DNA of 22,774 bases, from contig JAYZQJ010000112.1 of assembly GCA_036149055.1 (NCBI GenBank), positions 1 to 22,774 on the forward strand, given 5' to 3'. This stretch comes from Myxococcota bacterium. GTDB taxonomy: Bacteria > Myxococcota_A > Polyangia > Polyangiales > Sandaracinaceae. Position 1 is the first letter of the stretch. Each line of letters begins with the position of its first letter. The notes beneath the pieces were generated by a model. The model was not told where the DNA came from and ran no database searches. It saw nothing but the letters and a program-made list of their open reading frames with translations. Below, piece after piece: positions 1 through 7,698 of this stretch. The position numbers and the translations under genes are program-made.

Positions 1-51
1 CCCTCCGCAAACATCGCTGCGCCTCCTCCGCGGGGCCCCCCCACCCACTCC

Positions 52-130
52 GGGACCTCGCTCCGCTCGGCCCCGACCCCAGCGCGGGGCGCTGGGTCCC
101 CTGCGGCTCGCGCTCGCGCTGCGCGCGAGC
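52..130. repeat. Cluster of short GC-rich hairpins belonging to the terminal repeat family
   Basis: GGGACC-TCGCTCCGCTC-GGCCCC at 52-74 has the same loop motif as the array at 176-457. Also GACCCCAGCGC/GCGCTGGGTC and GCTCGCGC-TGC-GCGCGAGC stems. Confidence 0.55.
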
Positions 131-200
131 TGGCCGCCCGCTGCCGCGGGATCGAAGATGGGAGATGGAGCGTGCGGCGACGTCGCTTCGCTCGTCGCCC
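131..200 (+). repeat. Copy of a ~70-nt dispersed repeat, inverted relative to the copies at 22521-22774
   Basis: The reverse complement of 131-200 (GGGCGACGAGCGAAGCGACGTCGCCGCACG...TTCGATCCCGCGGCAGCGGGCGGCCA) aligns with 22650-22720, including an identical TTCGATCCCGCGGCAGCGGGCGG block. Confidence 0.85.
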
Positions 201-457
201 CTTCCGTGTTCTTCCGGGCGACGTCGCTTCGCTCGTCGCCCTCGGGAAGTTCTTCCGGGCGACGTCGCTTCGCTCGTCGCCCTCGGGAAGTTCTTCCGGG
301 CGACGTCGCTTCGCTCTGCCCTTCCGTGTTCTTCCGGGCGACGTCGCTTTGCTCGTCGCCCTCGGGAAGTTCGTCCGGGCGACGTCGCTTCGCTCGTCGC
401 CCTCGGGAGGGTTCGTGGGGGCTTCCGGGCGACTTCGCTTCGCTCGTCGGCCTCGGG
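176..457 (+). repeat. Tandem array of 7 palindromic REP-like units, period mostly 41 bp
   Basis: Core GGGCGACG-TCGCTTCGCT-CGTCGCCC has an 8-bp perfect stem. GGCGA starts at 176, 217, 258, 299, 337, 378 and 428. Linkers are reused (CTTCCGTGTTCTTCC, TCGGGAAGTTCTTCC). Confidence 0.92.
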
Positions 458-537
458 GGCAGGGGGCGACGGTCGGCGACGCAACCTCTCGGAGGTCGGG
501 GCGATGGAGGTCGGTGCAATCGCCGGAAGGAGCCTCC

Positions 538-1851
538 ATGCGCTACGTGTTCGTTCTCTCGCTCTCGTCCGCTCTGACCTTCGCCGCGCCTCCGTCCGCG
601 TTGGCCCAGCGCTCGACGGCGGGCGCACCCGTGACGCCGAGCGATCGCGGGGCGTCGGTCGAGGAGACGCCGCCGGTCTGGATCGCGACGCGCGATGGGT
701 TCCGGGAGCTGCGCGTTCGGGTGGCTCATGGTGAGGACTCGCTCGACGGGCCGACGCACCTGGCGGTGGAGGCCGTGACGGACGATGTCCGGATCGGCCG
801 GGAGGATCTGGTCGGGCAACGAGTGACCGTGGGGGTTCGGCACTCCGCGGGGACGCTCTTGCGAAACGGGACCGTGGTGGACGCGCGGGTGTCGGTGGGG
901 GTGAGCCCGGACACGCAGGAGAGGGAGGCGTTCGTTCTGCTGCAGATCGAGGACGACCTCCACCGGCTGAGGCGCGCGGTGCGCTCGGCGATGTACGAGG
1001 CGGTGACCGACGTCGAGGCGCTCGAGGCGACCTTCGCGCGGCACCCGGACGTGTCGGTGGAGCTCCGGGTGCGGCGCGCGTTGCCGGTGCGGGCGCACGT
1101 CGCGCAGTACGAGGAGAGCGACTTCGGGTTCGTCTACCGGCTCGCGGACCGCTCCGGGCTGGTGATCCGGACCGAGCATCGGGCGCACGGCCACACGATC
1201 GTGGTGGAGGACGCCGACTTCGTCCCGCGCGTCCGGACGACGCTGACCGTCGGGGAGCAGCTGGAGCGGATCGATGTGAACGCGATGCGGGGGCCGAGCG
1301 GCTACCTGCTGTACGACGGCGACCACCTCGCGAGGGCGCTGCGCCCCGGCGCTCGGGTCGAGCAGGCGGTCGCGCTCCGGGTGGCGCCGGAGGGGAGCGC
1401 CGCCGCGCTCCGTCGGAGGGCCGCCGCGCTGCTGGCCGCCGCCAACGCCCCGATCGTCAGCGCTTCCGGCGAGATCCCCGGGGAGATCGGGACGCGCGTC
1501 CGGGTGCGCGGAGCGGAGTCGTCCGAGGCGAACGCCGACTTCCGGGTCGTGCGGCAGAGCTGGATGGCCGCCGGGCCGATGGGCGTGCGTGTCGACATGG
1601 AGCTCCGCGCGGCCGAGGTGCCGCTGGTGGTCATGCACCGCAACCCGCCGGGGGTGGGCATGCAGTCGGCGGAGGTGCTCCGCGTCGAAGGAGCGCGAGC
1701 GCGGCTCCGGCTCGACTGGACGCCGGATGGGCGAGGGAGGTTCCCGGAGTGCTGGGTGGCGCTCGACGGTCTGGAGCCGCCGCGTCCTGGCGCGCGCGTC
1801 CACCTCGGCTTCGAGCACGGCGACCCGGAGCGGCCCTTCCTGCTCAGGTGA
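538..1851 (+). CDS. VgrG-like / phage late-control GpD (gp27-like) plus gp5 OB-fold protein with N-terminal signal peptide and no beta-helix spike (437 aa)
   Basis: SD GGAAGGAG precedes ATG 538. MRYVFVLSLSSALTFAAPPSALA looks like a Sec signal. VgrG hallmark AQYEESDFGFVYRLADRSGL; OB-fold motif PRPGARVHLGFEHGDPERP directly before the stop. Confidence 0.8.
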   Translation: MRYVFVLSLSSALTFAAPPSALAQRSTAGAPVTPSDRGASVEETPPVWIATRDGFRELRVRVAHGEDSLDGPTHLAVEAVTDDVRIGREDLVGQRVTVGVRHSAGTLLRNGTVVDARVSVGVSPDTQEREAFVLLQIEDDLHRLRRAVRSAMYEAVTDVEALEATFARHPDVSVELRVRRALPVRAHVAQYEESDFGFVYRLADRSGLVIRTEHRAHGHTIVVEDADFVPRVRTTLTVGEQLERIDVNAMRGPSGYLLYDGDHLARALRPGARVEQAVALRVAPEGSAAALRRRAAALLAAANAPIVSASGEIPGEIGTRVRVRGAESSEANADFRVVRQSWMAAGPMGVRVDMELRAAEVPLVVMHRNPPGVGMQSAEVLRVEGARARLRLDWTPDGRGRFPECWVALDGLEPPRPGARVHLGFEHGDPERPFLLR

Positions 1852-2281
1852 GCTGAGGCGGCTCGTCGCGGACGGCGGCCTCGGAGGTGTCGGCGTCGAG
1901 GGCCTTCTGGATCACGCGGTTGGTGGTCTCGTCGAGGTAGCGGGTCAGCTCCTCGGAGATCTCCTTGAACTCCGGCCAGAAGACCTCGTCGAGGAACTTC
2001 TTGGGCGCTGACACCATCACCGTCGTGTAGCGCTGCCCGGAGTAGCGATACGGCTCGAGCCCGTAGCGGCGCATGAGCGCCATCAGGAGCCGGCGCGAGT
2101 AGTGGTCCGGCATCGAGAAGCGCACCTCGATCACGCCCTTGCCGCGCAGCTCCTCGAGCCGCTCCCGGATCCGGTCCCGCGCCTTGGCCGCCGCCTCGCC
2201 CTCTCCGTCCGAGCCGGGGTTGGCGTGCAGCGCTTCGATCCGGCGCAGCTTCTCGAGCAGGCGCTCTTCGTCGGGGCTCAT
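1844..2281 (-). CDS. Conserved hypothetical protein with DUF2786-like N-terminus (145 aa)
   Basis: SD AAGGGGAG and strong GC3 bias. EKLRRIEAL...GEGEAAAKA helical hairpin followed by FSMPD...RRYGLEPYRY..QRYTTVMV..P..F..EVFWPEF, a pattern I recall from conserved bacterial hypotheticals. Confidence 0.8.
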   Translation of the reverse strand: MSPDEERLLEKLRRIEALHANPGSDGEGEAAAKARDRIRERLEELRGKGVIEVRFSMPDHYSRRLLMALMRRYGLEPYRYSGQRYTTVMVSAPKKFLDEVFWPEFKEISEELTRYLDETTNRVIQKALDADTSEAAVRDEPPQLT

Positions 2282-2327
2282 CGCTCCCCTTTGACGCGGC
2301 CGGAGGAGCCGCGCAAACCACTCGCGG

Positions 2328-3332
2328 TCAGGTGATCTTCAGCACCGCGCGGAAGCGGACGGTGTTCTCCATCACCTTCGCGAAGCCCTCGTTGGCCTGC
2401 TCGAGGTCGAACACCTCCGTCTTCGGGCGCACGTCGGTGAGCGCGCTGAACTTCATGGTGTCCTCGGAGTCGAACGCGGTGCCGCTCGGCCAGCCGTGGA
2501 GCTGCTTGCCGCTGAGCATCGAGAAGCCCGGGACCTCGATCGGGTCCTGGGCGGCGGCGACGATCATCAGCTTGCCGCGGGCCTTCAGGCCGCCGATGAC
2601 GCTCTGGATCGCCTCGGCGCTCGGCGCGGTGGCGAGGACGACGTCGGCGCCGCCGAGCGACTGGAGCGCGTCGGCCGCGTCGTTGGCCTTCGCGTCGATG
2701 AACTCGTGCGCGCCGAGCTCGCCGGCGAGGCCCTTCTTGTCGTCACCTCGCGAGATCGCGACCGTGCGGAAGCCCATGCGCTGGGCGTACTGCACGGCGA
2801 GGTGACCGAGGCCGCCGATGCCCTGGACGGCGACCGTGTCGCCTGGCCGTGCGCCGCTGTTGCGGAGCGCGTTGAAGGTGGTCACGCCGGCGCAGAGCAG
2901 AGGGCCGGCGTCGATCGGGGAGAGCGCGTCCGGGATGCGCGCGACCGCCTCCCAGGGCGCGACCATGTACTCGGCGTAGCCGCCGTCGTAGCTGATCCCG
3001 CAGATCTTCGCGGCGTCGCAGCCGATGAAGTCGCCGCGCCGGCAGGCGTCGCACCGGAAGCAGTGGCCCCCGTGCCAGCCCACGCCGACGCGCTGCCCCT
3101 TCGAGAGGCCCTCGACGTCTTCGCCGACGGCGTCGATCACGCCGGCGACCTCGTGACCGGGCACCCGCGGGAGCTCGAGCCCCGGGAAGCCGCCGAGCTT
3201 CACGAACGCGTCGCTGTGGCAGATGCCGCACGCGTCGACCTTCACGCGCACCTGACCGGGTCCTGCCTCCGGGACGTCGCGCTCCTCCAGCTGGAAGTCG
3301 CCGCCCGCCTCTCGCACCACCATCGCCTTCAT
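2328..3332 (-). CDS. Zinc-dependent alcohol dehydrogenase (MDR superfamily, AdhP/CAD-like; 334 aa)
   Basis: MKAMVV start after AAAGGGGA. Catalytic Zn motifs CGICHSD and GHE; structural Zn C-x2-C-x2-C-x7-C (CFRCDACRRGDFIGC); LLCAGVT; NAD-binding GIGGLG. Confidence 0.96.
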   Translation of the reverse strand: MKAMVVREAGGDFQLEERDVPEAGPGQVRVKVDACGICHSDAFVKLGGFPGLELPRVPGHEVAGVIDAVGEDVEGLSKGQRVGVGWHGGHCFRCDACRRGDFIGCDAAKICGISYDGGYAEYMVAPWEAVARIPDALSPIDAGPLLCAGVTTFNALRNSGARPGDTVAVQGIGGLGHLAVQYAQRMGFRTVAISRGDDKKGLAGELGAHEFIDAKANDAADALQSLGGADVVLATAPSAEAIQSVIGGLKARGKLMIVAAAQDPIEVPGFSMLSGKQLHGWPSGTAFDSEDTMKFSALTDVRPKTEVFDLEQANEGFAKVMENTVRFRAVLKIT

Positions 3333-3463
3333 CGCGTTCCCCTTTCGCTCGGACTCCACACCTGGGTCCGGGTGTGCGCCTGGCAAACGCGAGGCGGGGC
3401 TCAGGATCACGGTGTGGCGGGTGAGACCGCGTTTGAGAGCCTCCCGGCCGTGGTTCGTGAGTT

Positions 3464-3479
3464 GGGCACGGGCTTCGCA
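3464..3479 (+). promoter_or_regulatory. Putative sigma-54 -24/-12 promoter for the 80-aa gene
   Basis: GGGCACG-GGCT-TCGCA has exact GG-N10-GC spacing. The predicted TSS near 3490 lies just before SD GAGGA and ATG 3499. Confidence 0.45.
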
Positions 3480-3498
3480 GCGTGGTGGGTGAGGAACC

Positions 3499-3741
3499 AT
3501 GATCACCAACCGAAATCACCGCAGCTGGAAGCACGACCTCTACATCACCCTCGAGCGCTTCGGGCGCGACCTCGAGGAGCGTGGCGACAAGGCCCGCCGC
3601 TGGACCGCGCGCACCCTCCGCGAAGCGGCCCCGGGCATCACCCACGCGGGCGCCGAGCTCGCCCACGAGCTGCGCCGCATCGCCCAGTTCATCGACGCCA
3701 AGCTCTTCCAGGAGGGCAAGCGCACCAGCGCCGCCGCCTGA
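3499..3741 (+). CDS. Small hypothetical helical protein (80 aa)
   Basis: GAGGAACC-ATG start, host-like GC3 codon usage, amphipathic helical sequence, fills an otherwise intergenic gap. Confidence 0.75.
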   Translation: MITNRNHRSWKHDLYITLERFGRDLEERGDKARRWTARTLREAAPGITHAGAELAHELRRIAQFIDAKLFQEGKRTSAAA

Positions 3742-3760
3742 TCTCCCCGATCAGAGACAC

Positions 3761-3831
3761 GGGGACGGAGTGAACTTGTTAACTTATGTAGGTCGTTGTC
3801 GTACGTAAGTTAACAAGTTCACTCCGTCCCC
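3761..3831. repeat. 71-bp AT-rich palindrome (30-bp arms, 11-nt loop); MITE/REP-like element or strong RNA hairpin
   Basis: GGGGACGGAGTGAACTTGTTAACTTATGTA (3761-3790) pairs with TACGTAAGTTAACAAGTTCACTCCGTCCCC (3802-3831) with a single G-U type mismatch. An outer stem pairs 3747-3757 with 3838-3848. Confidence 0.9.
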
Positions 3832-3855
3832 TACCCCTCGCTGATCGGTGGCACC

Positions 3856-4311
3856 ATGTTCGGCGCGATGCGGCTGGAGCCACAGGGAGCGCTGCCGGAG
3901 GTGCTCGCGCCGGAGGAGACGGCGCTGCTCTTCGACGCGGAGTGCGTGGTCTGTAGCGGATGGGTGCACTTCGTGTTGCGCTGGGACCGCGAGGGCACGC
4001 TCCGGATCGGGGCGGTGCAGTCGGAGGCCGGGCGCGCGCTGCTGACCTACGCGGGGCTCGACCCGGACGACGTGGACACGATGCTCCTCGTCGAGCGAGG
4101 CACGCCCTACGCGAAGTCGGACGCGTTCCTGCGCGCGGTCCGCTACTTCCGCTTCCCGATGCGCCTGCTGGCGATCGGGCTCGTGGTGCCGCGCTTCCTC
4201 CGCGACTGGCTCTACGACCGCGTCGCGAAGAACCGCTACTCCCTCTTCGGCAAGAAGGAGCTCTGCCTCATCCCCGCCCCCGAGGAGCGCGCGCGCTTCC
4301 TCCCCGGCTGA
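3856..4311 (+). CDS. DCC-family thiol-disulfide oxidoreductase (DUF393/YuxK-like)
   Basis: LLFDAECVVC (DxxCxxC), QSEAG, KSDAFL, PRFLRDWLYDRVAKNRYSLFG and a C-terminal C..P....RF. The start may be ATG 3868 instead. Confidence 0.92.
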   Translation: MFGAMRLEPQGALPEVLAPEETALLFDAECVVCSGWVHFVLRWDREGTLRIGAVQSEAGRALLTYAGLDPDDVDTMLLVERGTPYAKSDAFLRAVRYFRFPMRLLAIGLVVPRFLRDWLYDRVAKNRYSLFGKKELCLIPAPEERARFLPG

Positions 4312-4314
4312 CCC

Positions 4315-6300
4315 CTACTCGACGTCCCAGCACCCCAGCGGGACGCCGGCCACGGGGAAGAGGCTGTCGGCGCGCATGGGATGGTTGACGCGCTTCTCGA
4401 AGGACAGGACGTAGCGGCCCGGGCTCAAGCTCCATCCCACGTGGCTCGCGACCGCGCCGGTGTCGTCGTGGAAGCCCCACGACCCGAGCGCTCGCGGCCA
4501 GTCGGCCCCCGAGTCGACCACCGGGCGGATGCCCTCCTCCTCGAAGTAGACGCCGCCCGCGAAGGCGAGGAAGGGCCAAGGCCGAGGCAGCTCACCGCCC
4601 CGTCGAGGAGGCAGCGGCGGCATCGGCTCACCGCCGAGCGTGAAGGTCACGTCGACGGTCACCGCGTCGAGCGACAGGTCGAGCGTCGTCGGCTCCCGGA
4701 CCTCACCGTCGAACACGACCCGGGCGCCCATCGGCCAGGGCGGGGTGGCCTCGTCGTCGTCGGTCGGCAGGTAGTACACCCGCACCGCGCCGGGCACGAC
4801 GCGCAGATCGCTCTCGGCGTCGCCCGCCCACTCGACCGCAGGGCCACCCGTCTCGACTTGCCACTTCGCCCCCGCACCGAGCGCGGGCGCGCCGTCGAGA
4901 CGCAGCTCGAGGGGCACCGTCGGCACCGAGATGTGGAGCGGCGCGCCATCGGCCACGACGACTCCCAGCTCGGCGTCGGGGAGCAACGTCGGGCAGCCCT
5001 CGTGCACGCCGCGCAAGGTCACGCGGTGCTCGCCCGGCGTGACGCGCACGCGGCGGTGCTCGCCCGGCGGCAGGACGAGGGGGAGAGGGTGGTCGCCCAC
5101 GCGCACCTCGCCGACGCAGCCCGGCGGGAGCTCCGCCGGATCCATGCCCTCGATCTCCACCGTGACGTCCACCTCGACCATGGGGACCTCCAGAGCGGCG
5201 GTCAGGCCCTCCGGCGGCACGACGATCTCGGGCAGCTCCGGCGGCGGCTGCGGCCAGGAGCGATCCGGGCAGACCTCGACCCGGTAGCGGCCCGGGACCG
5301 CCCAGCCTCGGGCGTGGCCCGCCGTGATGGACAGCTCCGGTCCACCCGTCCCGGGACGCCCCGCCTCGGGCAGTGGCTGGAGCCTCAGGCACGTCCCGGC
5401 GTCCGGCGCGGCGCCCCCGGCGAGCGTCACCGCGAGCTCCACCGGGGCCGCGGGCGCCTCCACCACGACTTCTTCGGCCAGCGCCTCTGCGGCGAGCTCG
5501 ATCGTCCCCGGCAGCACCCGGTTCGGCGCGCCGCTCCCGCGCAGCGTCACGAAGTACCGGCCCGGCGACATCGGGAGCAGCGTGATCGGCGCGCTCGCAT
5601 CCTCCACGTGGGCCCACTGATGCGTGGAGAAGTCGGCGGAGTGGACGATGACCGTTCGCACCCCGTCCCACTGCGGGGCGAGGTCCAGCCGCAAGGTGCT
5701 CGTCACCCGCTCGAGGTCGAAGTCGAGCCGCGTGGTGTCCTCGTCGATCTGGACGACGCCGATGTCTTCGACCAGCTCTCCCGCCTCACCCCACTCGATG
5801 CGCGCTCGGTATCGGCCCGGCGCGAAGCGCACGACCACGCTCTGGCGCCCGGCGTAGGGCAGGGGACCCTCCTCGACGAGCGGCACGCGGGCCACGTGGA
5901 TCTTGTGGTCCCCTTCGAAGAACAGGGTGCCGGGGACCGCGACGGTCTCGGGGAGGGGCTGGCCGTCGAGCGTGACCCGGACCTCCACCGGGTGCGCCGG
6001 GATGTCGATGACCGCGCGACGCCCGGTCCTGCACCCGGTGGTGCAGACGCCGCCGCTCCCGAGGTCGCACACCTCGCCGGTCTCGCAGTCCGCGTCCCCT
6101 TCGCAGACGATCTCGCAAGGCCCGCAGTCGACCGCGCCACCGCACCCGTCGTCTCGCGCCCCGCACTCGTCCGGCGCGCACGTGAGCGCGACGCAGGCGT
6201 CGGCGCGCCCAGCGTCGTCCCGCGCGGCGTCCGGGACGCGGTCGTGGGTCGCGCCGCAGCCGACGAGACAGAGCACGAGCATCGCATACCGCCGCGACAT
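4315..6300 (-). CDS. Large lipoprotein: Cys-rich N-terminal modules followed by tandem PEGA/carboxypeptidase-regulatory-like beta-sandwich domains (661 aa)
   Basis: Lipobox LVGC; CGARDDGCGGAVDCGPC and CEGDADCETGEVC motifs; recurring PGRYR/PGRYF/PGEHR/PGAVR/PGRYV beta-strand motifs. Confidence 0.8.
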   Translation of the reverse strand: MSRRYAMLVLCLVGCGATHDRVPDAARDDAGRADACVALTCAPDECGARDDGCGGAVDCGPCEIVCEGDADCETGEVCDLGSGGVCTTGCRTGRRAVIDIPAHPVEVRVTLDGQPLPETVAVPGTLFFEGDHKIHVARVPLVEEGPLPYAGRQSVVVRFAPGRYRARIEWGEAGELVEDIGVVQIDEDTTRLDFDLERVTSTLRLDLAPQWDGVRTVIVHSADFSTHQWAHVEDASAPITLLPMSPGRYFVTLRGSGAPNRVLPGTIELAAEALAEEVVVEAPAAPVELAVTLAGGAAPDAGTCLRLQPLPEAGRPGTGGPELSITAGHARGWAVPGRYRVEVCPDRSWPQPPPELPEIVVPPEGLTAALEVPMVEVDVTVEIEGMDPAELPPGCVGEVRVGDHPLPLVLPPGEHRRVRVTPGEHRVTLRGVHEGCPTLLPDAELGVVVADGAPLHISVPTVPLELRLDGAPALGAGAKWQVETGGPAVEWAGDAESDLRVVPGAVRVYYLPTDDDEATPPWPMGARVVFDGEVREPTTLDLSLDAVTVDVTFTLGGEPMPPLPPRRGGELPRPWPFLAFAGGVYFEEEGIRPVVDSGADWPRALGSWGFHDDTGAVASHVGWSLSPGRYVLSFEKRVNHPMRADSLFPVAGVPLGCWDVE

Positions 6301-6306
6301 CCACCC

Positions 6307-6331
6307 ACGGTAGCAACGGAGCGGTCATACT
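6307..6331. promoter_or_regulatory. Divergent pair of -10 elements giving leaderless starts
   Basis: TACCGT (minus strand, 6307-6312) lies 6 nt before ATG 6300. CATACT (plus strand, 6326-6331) lies 6 nt before GTG 6338. No properly spaced SD on either side. Confidence 0.5.
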
Positions 6332-6337
6332 GGAAAC

Positions 6338-7630
6338 GTGACCAACGAACCGCTCCCCTGGCCCCATGGCCTGCCGCGCGGCGACGTGGACGAGGCCCTC
6401 GTGATCGTCAGCGACGTCGAGATCGGGCCCGGCGGCCCCACCGACGACTTCCCACAGAGCGACTTCCTCGGAGACCTGCTGCTGCGGTACTGCGCGCCGC
6501 CCTTCGACGACGTGCCGCTGACCGTGGTCTTCGACGGCGACACCTTCGACCTGCTCAAGACCCCGACGAGCGACGGCGCCTTCCCGATCCACATCACCGA
6601 GGCGATCGCGCTCGACAAGCTCGAGCGGGTGCTCGCGGCGCACGCGCCGTTCGTGGAGCGCCTGCGTCGCTTCCTCGCTCACCCGGGCGCGCCGCGCATG
6701 ATCAGCTTCGTCGTCGGGAACCACGACATGGAGCTGCTCTTCGCGGGCGTGCAGGAGCGTCTCCGCGAGGCGCTCGGGCACCCGGAGCGGGTGGTCTTCC
6801 CCGGGATCCGTCACCAGCGCGGGCAGGTGCACGTGGAGCACGGGCAGCAGCACGATCCCCTCTTCGCGATCGACACCGAGCGGCCCTTCCTCGAGCACGC
6901 GGGGGAGACGGTGCTCAACCTCCCGTGGGGCACGGTGGCCCTGCTCGAGGTCGCGATGCAGTACCTGCCGGAGCTCCATCAGCTCGATCGGCTCAAGCCC
7001 AAGCGCGCGGTGCTCGCCGCGCTGCCGGAGGTGAAGGACCTGCTGCTCGGGGCCTACTGGCGCTACTGGACCCGCGACTTCTGGCAGAGCTACTGGGCCA
7101 CCCGCGATCCCCTCCGGCGCGTGAGCTGGTCGATGCTCAAGGAGGTCGCCTACCGGTTCGGCACCGGCGACCCGGACGTCTCCATGCAGGACTGCCGCCG
7201 CCTCCTCCACGACCGCCGCGACGAGACGACGCTCATCGTCCTCGGGCACGAGCACGAGCCGGCGTGGTGGAGCAGCGCCGGCCGCCGGGTGCTCCGGACC
7301 GGGTGCTTTCGCAACGAGTGGGAGCTCGACGTGGAGGGCGGCGCGCACCGGCTCCTGCCCAAGGTCTACGCCGAGGTGTTCCTCCGCGGCGACGTCCCGG
7401 TGCGCTCGCACCTGGTGGAGGTCGACGCGCCGCCGCCGCCGGATCCCATGGTGCCCAGCGATCTGGCGGAGGTGCTCGACCACCTTCCGCGGCTGCGCGC
7501 GGCGCAGGTGGAGGGGGACCAGCAGGCCCGCCGCCGCCAGGAGCACTCGGAGTCCCAGGAGCCGAGCCGGGGCCTGCCCGGGTTCGTCGAGACCCTGCGC
7601 GAGGTCCTGGGTCGCGCCGGCGGCGTGTGA
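6338..7630 (+). CDS. Calcineurin-like metallophosphoesterase (LpxH-like motif layout; 430 aa)
   Basis: Motifs IVSDVEIG, DGDTFD, VVGNHD, HVEHGQQHD and VLGHEH occur in canonical order. Confidence 0.85.
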   Translation: MTNEPLPWPHGLPRGDVDEALVIVSDVEIGPGGPTDDFPQSDFLGDLLLRYCAPPFDDVPLTVVFDGDTFDLLKTPTSDGAFPIHITEAIALDKLERVLAAHAPFVERLRRFLAHPGAPRMISFVVGNHDMELLFAGVQERLREALGHPERVVFPGIRHQRGQVHVEHGQQHDPLFAIDTERPFLEHAGETVLNLPWGTVALLEVAMQYLPELHQLDRLKPKRAVLAALPEVKDLLLGAYWRYWTRDFWQSYWATRDPLRRVSWSMLKEVAYRFGTGDPDVSMQDCRRLLHDRRDETTLIVLGHEHEPAWWSSAGRRVLRTGCFRNEWELDVEGGAHRLLPKVYAEVFLRGDVPVRSHLVEVDAPPPPDPMVPSDLAEVLDHLPRLRAAQVEGDQQARRRQEHSESQEPSRGLPGFVETLREVLGRAGGV

Positions 7631-7698
7631 GATCGCTCGCTCTCGTTTGCGCGCGGGCCGTTCGCACCTCACGTTTCGGCCCTTCCATGGGAGCCCAC

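Noticed and set aside
176..457. CRISPR array
   Set aside because: The linkers are only ~15 nt and are copies of one another, there is no cas gene, and the same motif recurs elsewhere as a dispersed repeat.
158..537. ORFs 158..577 and 165..734, and the N-terminal extension of 172..1851
   Set aside because: They are translations of the tandem repeat. The good SD and signal peptide place the real start at 538.
538..2281. Type VI secretion, eCIS or prophage locus
   Set aside because: No other structural, effector, PAAR or phage gene is recognisable in the window.
3761..3831. Ordinary rho-independent terminator, and the small ORFs 3581..3808 and 3784..3969 crossing it
   Set aside because: The stem is far longer than a terminator and has no U-tract. 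Both ORFs merely read the palindrome arms (shared GDGVNLLTYV).
4381..7698. Giant 1541-aa ORF 4381..9006
   Set aside because: Its first ~1100 codons are antisense to the 661-aa lipoprotein gene or out of frame over the phosphoesterase, and are Arg/Gly/Ala-rich shadow sequence. Only 7699-9006 is protein-like.
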